From Candidatus Bathyarchaeota archaeon (GTDB lineage: Archaea; Thermoproteota; Bathyarchaeia; Bathyarchaeales; Bathyarchaeaceae): 28,759 nucleotides of DNA. Positions 19,730 through 28,561 of the stretch are shown in pieces. The translations under genes were made by a program, and so were the position numbers. Within the stretch, counting starts at the first letter, position 1. Each line of letters starts with the position of its first letter. The notes below the pieces were generated by a model, which was not told the origin of the DNA, made no database searches, and saw only the letters and a program-made list of their open reading frames with translations. Location: assembly GCA_963697165.1 (NCBI GenBank), contig CAVOMX010000002.1, positions 1 through 28,759 on the forward strand. Direction: 5' to 3'.

Positions 19730-20005
19730 ATGTCTCGGGGTAATAGATTTAGGGTTAGGGGCAAAAATTTACGGCAAATTCATTGGGAGTATAGGCAGCA
19801 AATTCTGGAACTACTTATTGAAAAGGGAAAGCCAATGAGCATAACTGATGTTGCTGAAGAAACAGGCATCTCCTATCCTACAACTACTCTGATTTTGATG
19901 GAACTAGCCCTTGAAAACAAACTGAACTATACTGTAATAGGAAATTCTAAGGTCTTTACTGCTAACGTCAAGAGTGTAGTTGAAAAACTAGAAACAAGGA
20001 AATGA
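19730..20005 (+). CDS. small winged-HTH protein
   Basis: ILELLIEKGKPMSITDVAEETGISYPTTTLILMEL...IGNSKVF. Confidence 0.7.
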   Translation: MSRGNRFRVRGKNLRQIHWEYRQQILELLIEKGKPMSITDVAEETGISYPTTTLILMELALENKLNYTVIGNSKVFTANVKSVVEKLETRK

Positions 20006-20169
20006 CTATGATGTCATTATGTAAAATCGATAACTAACCCGTAAGAGAGCTACGATATATGTTGGAAATTTATAGATTTAGTTAAAAATTGATTTTTATT
20101 TTAAATTAAAAATGGCAAAAATAGCATTTCTAGGTTTAAATTGAATATTATACGCGCGCATATGACTTA

Positions 20170-21933
20170 TTAAATGAACCTTCTGGGGTCGCTGTCAATA
20201 TCAACTATAGTAGTTTTACCGGATACCAAAGCTTTGTCAACTGCTGCCTCAAGCAGAGTGGGTTCGGTGACTTTGATTCCTAATCCACCTGAGTGCTCAG
20301 CGTAGTTCGCGAAGTTAAAATCGTACAGTTCCGTCTGCGAGCTCTTGTAGCCTTCGACTTTTTGTTCTTGCAAAATCATACCCAACGACTTGTTGTTAAT
20401 TATGAAGACTTTTACTGGCAACTGATACTTCAAAGCAGTCAGGAAATCGCCCATAACCTGAGTGAAACCACCATCACCCGTAATGCAAACAATCTGCCTG
20501 TCCGGATAAGCAAGTGCCGCTGCCATAGCACCTGGCAAGCCGAACCCCATCGACGCCAATAACCCACTCATGACCATTTTCTGAGTCTTTTTCATCTGGA
20601 AATTCCTCCCGAACCACCAGCAGTTTTCCCCAACGTCCAACGAGATGATCGCGTCTGCTGCGACTTTATTGTTCAGCACCTTCATTATATACGGCGGCCT
20701 TATAGGTTTCAACGAAGCATCAGCTTCCCGTAGAAGTTGTTGGTTCCAGACTTGCTTTAGATTTAAGATTTCATCTAGATAAGCGATTTTCTGATTCGGT
20801 TGAACTTTTCTAGTAAGTTTCCGAAGGAGTACAGCACTGTTACCGAGTAATCCAACTTCGACAGGATACTTCCTTGCAATGTTCTTCATGTTAATGTCGA
20901 TTTGAACCATTCGTTTCTTTGGAATCTGCGTATATTGACTGAAGGAGGAGCCGATTACTATAAGCAAATCTGATTTCTCCACTAGTTTAGCAGCAGTTGT
21001 TGAACCAATACCGCCGTGGCAACCTGCCGACAAAGGGTTGTCTTCGTCGATAACACCCTTCGATCTGAAAGTGGTCACTATGGGCGCGCTGATTGTTTGA
21101 GCCAGTTTCAAGAGTTTGTTTCCTTGTCCTCTGGTCCCGAAACCTGCGATTATTACCGGACGCTCTGCTTGGTCTATCGCTTTAGCGGCTTTCTCTATAA
21201 GCGAATCCTCTACGCCGAAGGCCAAACTAGGCATTCTGCCCTCGAATGGCTGAATGTTCTTGTCACAAGGTAGTTTTTGCACATCGTTAGGTAAACCGAT
21301 GTTGCTTACCCCTTGATCCAGTAATGCATGTTTTACGGCGAGCGTGACTAGCATCGTTGTTTGTTCTTCAGTCATGAGAATTTTATTAAAGACACAGATC
21401 GGCTCGAAGAAACTATGCTGGTCGATTTCTTGGAGTGATCCCGGTCCAATAAATTGCCTCGCCACCATACCTGACAAAACAAGAACTGGCGAATGATCCA
21501 AGGAGGCATCATAAAGGCCTGTAGCTAAATTAGTTGCTCCGGGTCCGGAAACGCTTAGGCAAGCAGCAATATTTCCGGTGAGTTTGCCGTAAGCGGAGGC
21601 CATGAAAGCTGCAACTTCTTCGTGTCGCACTTGGATGTATTTTATTTTGTTACTTTTCCGTAGAGCGTCAACGACCCCAAGTGTTGATGTTCCAGGCACT
21701 CCGAAGACGTATTGTACACCCCATTCTGCGATTTGTTCAATTAGAACTTCTGATACTGTTTTACTTTTCTTTAACTGTTCCACTGTTTTCTCTGTTAAGA
21801 TTACGAATACGGTTTTGGGTACTCCGCACACGGGGCACACCCATTCTGATGGCAAGTCGCTGAATTTCTTTTCTTCTTTTAATTCATCATATACATAGTT
21901 GCAAACTGTGCACCTGTACTTTGTCACGATCAA
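20170..21933 (-). CDS. rubredoxin-fused thiamine-pyrophosphate enzyme (pyruvate oxidase/PoxB-like)
   Basis: N-terminal [11 protein letters not shown]...[14 protein letters not shown] rubredoxin, followed by [25 protein letters not shown] and the TPP motif GDGG...NN. Confidence 0.88.
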   Translation of the reverse strand: MIVTKYRCTVCNYVYDELKEEKKFSDLPSEWVCPVCGVPKTVFVILTEKTVEQLKKSKTVSEVLIEQIAEWGVQYVFGVPGTSTLGVVDALRKSNKIKYIQVRHEEVAAFMASAYGKLTGNIAACLSVSGPGATNLATGLYDASLDHSPVLVLSGMVARQFIGPGSLQEIDQHSFFEPICVFNKILMTEEQTTMLVTLAVKHALLDQGVSNIGLPNDVQKLPCDKNIQPFEGRMPSLAFGVEDSLIEKAAKAIDQAERPVIIAGFGTRGQGNKLLKLAQTISAPIVTTFRSKGVIDEDNPLSAGCHGGIGSTTAAKLVEKSDLLIVIGSSFSQYTQIPKKRMVQIDINMKNIARKYPVEVGLLGNSAVLLRKLTRKVQPNQKIAYLDEILNLKQVWNQQLLREADASLKPIRPPYIMKVLNNKVAADAIISLDVGENCWWFGRNFQMKKTQKMVMSGLLASMGFGLPGAMAAALAYPDRQIVCITGDGGFTQVMGDFLTALKYQLPVKVFIINNKSLGMILQEQKVEGYKSSQTELYDFNFANYAEHSGGLGIKVTEPTLLEAAVDKALVSGKTTIVDIDSDPRRFI

Positions 21934-22124
21934 TACCTCAAAAAACCTTGGCTTATCTATGTTGATTTGGTTTTATCTATTTTTGGATTGATCATTTCGA
22001 ATTAATCGCTATTATTTTTTATTAAAGTGCCCTACTCTTAGTTTGTTTGATAGTTATCTTCGAGATAACTGTATTCCATTGACTTATCTAGTTTAAGCGC
22101 GCGCATTGCATTACGTTTGTCAGT

Positions 22125-22319
22125 TTATGCACCTTTTTTTAGCCAGGGATGCATATTGGGTTTCGAATCCTCGATTGAATATTCTCTGGTTTTATCTTCT
22201 TTTTCCTTTATTGTTTTATTACAATAAGGGCAGTCCTTTGGCAGTTCCGCGCCCAAGTCCCATTGAAATTGGGGGAGGCTAACGTTCCGCTTACAGTTCG
22301 GACATTGTTTATTTACCAA
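22125..22319 (-). CDS. small zinc-ribbon protein
   Basis: CPNC...CPYC pairs; GAGGTG RBS upstream of a TTG start. Confidence 0.65.
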   Translation of the reverse strand: MVNKQCPNCKRNVSLPQFQWDLGAELPKDCPYCNKTIKEKEDKTREYSIEDSKPNMHPWLKKGA

Positions 22320-22580
22320 AATTCTATCACCTCTTTAATTTGAATTATGAGTCTAGTAACTGTTAAACATATTATGGGCTATTAGATATTTATTCAACTC
22401 GGTTTGCCCGTACATTAGTCGGGTGATATCACCAATATGGGCCAGAATTACCTCATTGCAGCCATAATTTGTTTGATCCCGACCATTTGTATGGTGTCCA
22501 AATTATGGGCGCGCATTCTTTGGGATGTTAATTGGGACTGAAGTCTATATTCTCTTCAGAATTATAGCTTCCCTTTCTGT

Positions 22581-23929
22581 CTATCCCATAGCAGCACAAG
22601 TATGATTCTTCTTTTGGAGATCAAGAGGGCATCCTCCTCCACAAATCTGCAGTTGGGGACACTCCCTACATTTTGGTTCTACATATTCTCTATTTCTAAT
22701 TTTGACCGCTAGCGGATGATTCCAGATGCTTTTCCAATCATTCTTCAAGATGTTACCTAAACTCTCAAAGTAACTCTGGCAAGGATATACATCCCCGTTT
22801 GGTCCAATACACATGTTAATCATTGCAGCTGAACAAGATTTTATACCCAAACCGAGCTCGATTGGATTAAATTTACAGTATTGGGTTGGAGTATACCACA
22901 AGAATTTTAATCCCAGCTTAGTTGCTTTATCCTGAACCTTTGGCAGAAGAATCTTCAAATCTTCAAGAGGAAAAACAAAATCTTCAATTACATCTTTTGC
23001 TTTTCCAGAATAGATCAAACTATTGCATCCGAAGGCAGCAACCCCCAAGTCCTTAATAAAATCTATAGTATCAAGAAAATCCCCCGCATTATACTTACTT
23101 AATGTTGTGTTTGTAGTTGTGTAGATTTTTGTTGGAATCAGATTCTTAATTCCTGCTACCGTCTCCGTCCAGCTTCCCATAATACCCGTCATCAAATCAT
23201 GAATCTCTGGCCTATGAGACTCGAGAGTTACCTGAACAAAATCAAGTCCAGACTCCCCGAGAGATCTAACATATTTTTCATCAGTTAATCTTCTTCCGTT
23301 GGTAATTAGACCCGTTACTAAACCCTTTTTTTGTCCATAACTAAGGAGTTCAAGCAAATCCTCCTTTAAGGTTGGCTCTCCACCCGTAAAAGTCAAAATA
23401 AAAACGCCAATCCGATAAAGATGATCAATAACCTGCTTCCATTGTTCAGTAGAAAGTTCATCTGTTTCGTGGGATCCACCAGCATAACAATGAATACAAC
23501 TATTCTGGCATCTGAAAGTAAGTGACACATCAACCCGTATAGGAGCAGAATACTCTTGGCTAAAAGGCTCAATTTTCTTTAAGTCAAGATATGATATAGG
23601 ATCCACTTCTTCAGTCTGCACCAATGTACATTAACAGTATAAACCAACTTTTCATAATCAACCCTGGCACGTCTCTCTTTAACCCGAAAAATACTTCTAA
23701 TCTTAGAGACAACCTCTTCAGTTGTCAAACCCTGCATCAAAAAATACGCATAAGCTGTAGAAGTCTCGTTTAAAAATAAAACCGTGTTCGCATTAATAAT
23801 CATAAGCCCATTACCGTCAGATTCAACCCGAAGTTGAAGAGCTAAACCCCTAAAATGGCCTTCCCCTCTATAGGTGTATCTTCCTTGAGGAATTTTTGAT
23901 CTCTGAAAAATCTTACGTGCAAAACCCAT
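22581..23929 (-). CDS. radical SAM/SPASM protein with N-terminal PqqD-like RiPP recognition element; one frameshift at about 23628
   Basis: ATG 23929 (MGFARK...) encodes an RRE-like domain (LRVESDGNGLMIINANTVLFLNETST...TTEEVVSKIRSIFRV...ARVDYEKL). It continues in ORF 22581..23624 with CQNSCIHC, FTGGEP, TNG and SPASM CSAA..GDVYPC...CRECPQLQICGGGCP. Confidence 0.88.
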
Positions 23930-23945
23930 AATCAAACTTCCTTTA

Positions 23946-25577
23946 CTACCCAACTCCTCCACCAGCACATGCACAGGCGCATGAAACACAAGCACAGGCG
24001 CATGCACACGTAGCACAAGCACATACACACTTGGCTTTTTGTTGCACTGGTTGCTTAGATGATTTTTGCTTAGGACCCATGGGAACTATAGAATTAGCAA
24101 ATTTTTCCATATTGACAACAAAATTATTAGCGCTCTTTTCTATCGCAGTAGCTATATTATTAGCAAAATCTGCACCAGGAATTGTAGGAGGTTTTTTTCC
24201 TTGAGCCGGAACCCCAATATTAGGCTTGTATGTCGGATTCGGAGAATAATACCTATAAGAATACCAATACCAAAACCAAAAAGGACTAGGCTCAAAAACC
24301 CTATTGCTAAAAACTGTTTTAGTTCGATCTGAAACCTTCGGATCCAAAAACAACCAGAGCAACTGTTCATCATAAGCTTTGGAGGTTAATTTTGTTGTTC
24401 CAGCTCCTTCAACCTGTCCCCAAGCTTTCTCAACAATCTTTCGATAATAATCTATCGTGTCACTTCTACAATATCCCTTCAACTTTTCCTCCATAGTAGA
24501 TTCAAGAAACATAATCATTGAAGCAAGCTTCTCCTCACCAAGAGACCCGTCATCATTAATAGAATTAAGAAAATCGATCTCATAATATCTCAAAGGATTC
24601 TCTGGCGTTCCTGTTTTGTCAAGGAATGGTTTTAGTATCCTAAATCTAAGAGAAGGAGATGTGTTCTCAACCCAAACAGCCCTCTTCTTAAGAACACTAT
24701 ACAATATCTCAGTGACAATCTGAGGCGGCTTTAAATCCAAAAGATAAGAAGCTTCTACAGCAGTTAATCCCCTTACTATTCCTAGACATTCAATACCAAC
24801 ACTAGGTTTTGAATAGGGTCGCTTACGAGAAACAAATAATACAAAAACTAACACAATCCCAATGACTCCAAATACCAATAATGGCCAAAAACTCTCCAAA
24901 AAATTTTCTAACCCGTCAGATCCATCAGTAACTGAGGTCCATCCTTCCTGTTTTGGATAGGAAACTTCAACCGTAAATCTTTCATCTGGCAAAAGATTTT
25001 GCTTTTCCCAATAAACAGCCAACCTATCATCTTCATATTGGACATTATTCCAAAAGATTGACCCTGTTTTCACTTCACTCTCAGAGACTCCAGGAGGCAA
25101 AACAATAAGCACCCGTGCATCTTCAATAACTGCTTCTGAAAACCAAGATAAAGTAAATTGCATTCCATCATTTCCCGGATTAGTTTCGTCTTCATAAATC
25201 ATGTGAGCAACATTCGTAACCAAAGTAAACCAAACAGTCTGTCCAGCTTGTAAAGGAGAATCAAGATTAACCCTAACATTATAGTCACTTCCAGAACTGA
25301 TATCAGCTGTTTCTAACGTATTCCCAAACTGATCCACAGCAGAACCGATAAAAAAGTCGCCTTTAGGTTGACCAATACTTATCCAATTAATTTCCTGACC
25401 AAAATCAAGAGTTAAGCTAACATTATAAAAAAGATCAATAGAACCGTCCGAATTTATCCAAACTTGCGCCCATTCCTGCCCAAAAAAATATTGCCTCTGA
25501 GCAACAATCCCCTCAACAAATGAAAAACACACTAACCCAACAAGTAACACAACCAGAACAGCAGACAACTTCACCAT
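23946..25577 (-). CDS. single-pass membrane protein (DUF2207-like ectodomain) with C-terminal Cys-Ala repeat tail
   Basis: Signal peptide, then a beta-rich domain starting VWINSDGSIDL, a TM helix FWPLLVFGVIGIVLVFVLFV followed by SRKR, a helical domain, and the tail KCVCACATCACACACVSCACACAGGGVG*. Confidence 0.85.
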   Translation of the reverse strand: MVKLSAVLVVLLVGLVCFSFVEGIVAQRQYFFGQEWAQVWINSDGSIDLFYNVSLTLDFGQEINWISIGQPKGDFFIGSAVDQFGNTLETADISSGSDYNVRVNLDSPLQAGQTVWFTLVTNVAHMIYEDETNPGNDGMQFTLSWFSEAVIEDARVLIVLPPGVSESEVKTGSIFWNNVQYEDDRLAVYWEKQNLLPDERFTVEVSYPKQEGWTSVTDGSDGLENFLESFWPLLVFGVIGIVLVFVLFVSRKRPYSKPSVGIECLGIVRGLTAVEASYLLDLKPPQIVTEILYSVLKKRAVWVENTSPSLRFRILKPFLDKTGTPENPLRYYEIDFLNSINDDGSLGEEKLASMIMFLESTMEEKLKGYCRSDTIDYYRKIVEKAWGQVEGAGTTKLTSKAYDEQLLWLFLDPKVSDRTKTVFSNRVFEPSPFWFWYWYSYRYYSPNPTYKPNIGVPAQGKKPPTIPGADFANNIATAIEKSANNFVVNMEKFANSIVPMGPKQKSSKQPVQQKAKCVCACATCACACACVSCACACAGGGVG

Positions 25578-25909
25578 TTTGGTTCCTCAACTACCTCAAA
25601 AGTATGACCACAATAATCACAAGTAGCATATGGCACTCCGGAAACAGTCTTTATACTATTTGAATTTATAGAAGCCGAACAGTTTGGACATTTCAAAGCA
25701 ACAGCTTTCATCTGACCCGAAAACTCCAATCTCTGAATACTCACCTTAGGTTTTCTAGTCAAGTAATATACGATCCCAAAACCTACAACAAAAAATAAGC
25801 CAGCAACAATTAATCTTGAAACCGCAAACACCGAAGCGAAAGCAAAAATAATTCCCAAAAAGAAAAGAACAGCAACTACAATCGAGCCCAAAACCATCTT
25901 CAGATTCAT
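25571..25909 (-). CDS. 2-TM membrane protein with C-terminal zinc ribbon
   Basis: Two hydrophobic helices, then CPNC...CDYCG. Its stop overlaps the start of the 543-aa gene. Confidence 0.8.
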   Translation of the reverse strand: MNLKMVLGSIVVAVLFFLGIIFAFASVFAVSRLIVAGLFFVVGFGIVYYLTRKPKVSIQRLEFSGQMKAVALKCPNCSASINSNSIKTVSGVPYATCDYCGHTFEVVEEPKW

Positions 25910-25930
25910 AGATACATCTGAGGCACATTA

Positions 25931-25938
25931 AATATAAA
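25931..25938 (-). promoter_or_regulatory. TATA box of the radical SAM operon (probably a near-leaderless transcript)
   Basis: TTTATATT on the minus strand, 22-29 nt upstream of ATG 25909; no obvious RBS. Confidence 0.5.
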
Positions 25939-26030
25939 AAAATATTCTGTAATTTGCCTCCCTATTCTTTATCCAAAAACCCCAAACCCAAAATATTTGC
26001 GCACGTTCTCGGTTAAGAATTGACAATCCG

Positions 26031-26064
26031 AAAAAAGGTGGAGTTGCGGGATTTAATCGGGTGA
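26031..26064 (+). repeat. AAAAAGGGGGAGTTGCGGGA-N6-7-CGGGTG family repeat
   Basis: AAAAAAGGTGGAGTTGCGGGATTTAATCGGGTGA. Confidence 0.75.
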
Positions 26065-26198
26065 TTTCGCTACGGTATTATGAATTGATGAATCCAGAAT
26101 ACTAGTTACAAATTTGGAATACTGTTAGGTTTTTTCTTCTTTTCTTAAGGAGTTTGTTGTAACAACTTTTTTATTTGCTTTGAGTCCAATAAGTGAAT

Positions 26199-26618
26199 AT
26201 GGTTTCTTCAAAGGTTGCTGCGTTAATGGCTTATATTGGAGGTACGCTTCTATTGCTTGCTGGAGCAACAGGTTCTGTTGGCATTGTTGGAACAATAATA
26301 GAATATATGATTGAAAATTTAGGTGGCGCCACCGCAAACTTTCTCTCGATGATTTTGCAAGTGCTAAATTTTGTCGCTGATTTAGGCAGTGTAGCTGTTA
26401 TTATAGGTGGCTCATTTGTCCTAACTGAAAGAAAGAGAACAGGCAGATTCATCATGGGTCTTGGCGCTGGAATGGGATTGATCGGTTTTCTGTTAATATT
26501 AGCTTCTGCTTTATTGCACGGTTGAGCTAACGCAATAGATTTCTTGCTCATCATATCTCAATCTGTTGGCTGGATCGGCGTAATTTTTGCAATAATCGCC
26601 ACATTACTAGCCAAATAA
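26199..26618 (+). CDS. multi-TM membrane protein with an internal in-frame TGA (26523-26525)
   Basis: After ...ALLHG* the same frame continues ANAIDFLLIISQSVGWIGVIFAIIATLLAK*, a further TM helix. Confidence 0.65.
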
Positions 26619-26696
26619 TGTGCCAAAAAAAGATGAAAAAATTTGGTTTAACTAGTGAGCTATTTTTTCTTTTTGAGACAGAATAACACTGATTCT

Positions 26697-26855
26697 TTAG
26701 GTATAGGTTTTTGATAGGTGATGCTTTTCTGTTCCTTTGAATCGGACATAAACTTCCACAGTGTCATCCAACCAGTCATGCTGTTTCGCTTTCCAGCCTA
26801 TCTTGAAGACTTCATCTTTGTTTGTAATGCCCGAGACAAGTATGTCGTCGCTCAT
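26697..26855 (-). CDS. small hypothetical protein (52 aa, possibly the 3' part of a frameshifted gene starting near 26925)
   Basis: Manual translation MSDDILVSGITNKDEVFKIGWKAKQHDWLDDTVEVYVRFKGTEKHHLSKTYT*; globular-looking composition only. Confidence 0.35.
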   Translation of the reverse strand: MSDDILVSGITNKDEVFKIGWKAKQHDWLDDTVEVYVRFKGTEKHHLSKTYT

Positions 26856-27159
26856 GAATTACCTGTCTCTCGTAAATGCCGATTTCTCCGTTTCTTATCC
26901 CTTTACAAGTGTCACTTGCGGTCATTTCTTTTGAGAAAAATAATTCAAAAAAATAACATTAAGAATGTGACTAAAGTTTGATGTTGTTCCATTGGAAATA
27001 TTCGGGTTTAGAGATATATGGGCTTAATATGTGCGCGACTGTCAGGAACAAAGATTAACTGCGTCATGAAGGGGAGACAAGATCTGTTTTTGCTACTCCA
27101 ATTTAACATAGGATTTGGCCCCTATTGTTTGTTGGGGGCTTCCCTATTTACGGCAGTCT

Positions 27160-27432
27160 TTATTTTGCGTTTTTCGTTTCTACTTTTACGACTACTTCTT
27201 TTGGTCCTCGGAGTTTTTCGTATATCATCATTGCTATGCTGAATGCAATCCAGATAATAATTCCAAATATGACTCCGTTGATAATGCCTTCAGCGATGTG
27301 TGCATAGTCTGTTTGAAGCAAATCGGGAATGTATTGCTGGACTATCCAATCTCCTGGGGGTAGCCCTATGCCTGCAAGACCAATTAAGACGAATAGAACA
27401 AATGCTATGACAAAAATGACGGCTCCAATCAT
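27160..27432 (-). CDS. small 2-TM membrane protein
   Basis: GGAGGTGA RBS; two hydrophobic helices separated by an LPPG loop; TTTAAA box upstream. Confidence 0.75.
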   Translation of the reverse strand: MIGAVIFVIAFVLFVLIGLAGIGLPPGDWIVQQYIPDLLQTDYAHIAEGIINGVIFGIIIWIAFSIAMMIYEKLRGPKEVVVKVETKNAK

Positions 27433-27504
27433 ACCTTCACCTCCACTCCCAGTGAGGTATGTTGTAAATGCATTTAAAACCTTTGAAAAAATGGCCCCGA
27501 TTTT

Positions 27505-28210
27505 CTAGTAATGTATTCTATGTTTATGTTGATTGAACTTCTTCGGTTTTAGGGTGTATTCACTGATTTTTATGAACAGCCTGTCGTTGCGTTTTTCTTT
27601 TGTGAATTTTGAAATTTCTATGGTTTCTTTGAATGTTGGTCCATCGATAGTCATGGTGTGGTATTCTCCGTTTTCTCCGCAGGGGTCCATTCCAGTCTTT
27701 TTTGCTAGTGCCCTCAAGTCGTTGACAGAGTTTTTGTTGAGTTCTCGTCCAAGCCATTCTTCAGTGAACCATGTCGTCTCCCCAAGCAAGTGAAGACCGA
27801 TCTGAATCCCGTTGACACTTCTTCTTCTAGAACTTTGCTTGTGTTTTGCTCCCACAAGGGCATAATTACGGATATGTCTAATCCCTCGGTTACTTTATCA
27901 ATCCATCGTCCATGCAAGTCGTCCACAACGTAGATGTCTCCGGTTACTATGCCTTCGATGCCTTTTTCTATCAGTTTTTTTATGGCTTCTCTGTAGCTTT
28001 GTTCGTAGGGTTCTTTTACTTTGAGCTTTAGAAGGGGTATTCCCATTGCTTTAGATTGGAGCTCCATGATGGATAGCGGGTGACAGAATGAGGGCCATGT
28101 ATCGGCAACGAAAACTGCAAGATATGCTACTTCGTGTCTCTTTCTTTCATTGCCCTGTAGCACGCTAGGGCTGATTCAATTCCGCCACTCCAAGAAATTG
28201 CTATTTTCAT
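27505..28210 (-). CDS. diphthine--ammonia ligase-like (Dph6/DUF71) PP-loop ATPase; several frameshifts
   Basis: ATG 28210 gives MKIAISWSGGIESALACY. Then GIVTGDI and MPLWEQ (ORF 27714..28163), and WLGREL and DPCGENGEYHTMTIDGPTF (ORF 27505..27855). Confidence 0.8.
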
Positions 28211-28561
28211 TTCTAAAGCTCCTAATCTTTGTTCAATCCTGTGTTGAATGTTTTTGTTCAGTTAGCATCCAAATATTGATGGATTCATATATAAACATTT
28301 CCATAAATATGAATTATTAATCATGATATATAAAAAAAGCTGAATGTTTGTTCATGTTCCTTCTGGCGTTTTTGGTTGCGGCTTCTCCTACACGGGTGTT
28401 CAAAGCCCTTAAAAGAAACGCCTAATTTAGCTTTATTAACCAAAAAAAGTGTTGAAGAAAACAATACTACACTGTTTAGTTAATATCAGATATAGTTAGT
28501 TTGGATAGACCATGACAAGATGATTAGTGTCTCTGGAAAAAAGTGAGTTGACACAAAAAAT

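Noticed and set aside
22125..22319. 64-aa Cys protein as the precursor peptide of the rSAM enzyme
   Set aside because: It has an ordinary two-knuckle zinc ribbon and its own RBS, and lies about 260 nt downstream beyond a repeat boundary. The Cys-tail gene is the more tightly linked candidate. Not formally excluded.
22581..23929. Annotation as pqqE, mftC or heme biosynthesis ahbC/ahbD
   Set aside because: No pqq, mft or heme pathway genes are nearby; the shared motifs are generic to rSAM/SPASM enzymes.
23930..24028. N-terminal MYVLVLRVHAPVLVFHAPVHV extension of the RRE ORF
   Set aside because: It is the alternative frame of the Cys-Ala tail; the plausible start is ATG 23929.
26523..26525. 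Selenocysteine or genetic-code reassignment at the in-frame TGA
   Set aside because: No redox motif context, no SECIS recognised, and TGA terminates other genes in the window.
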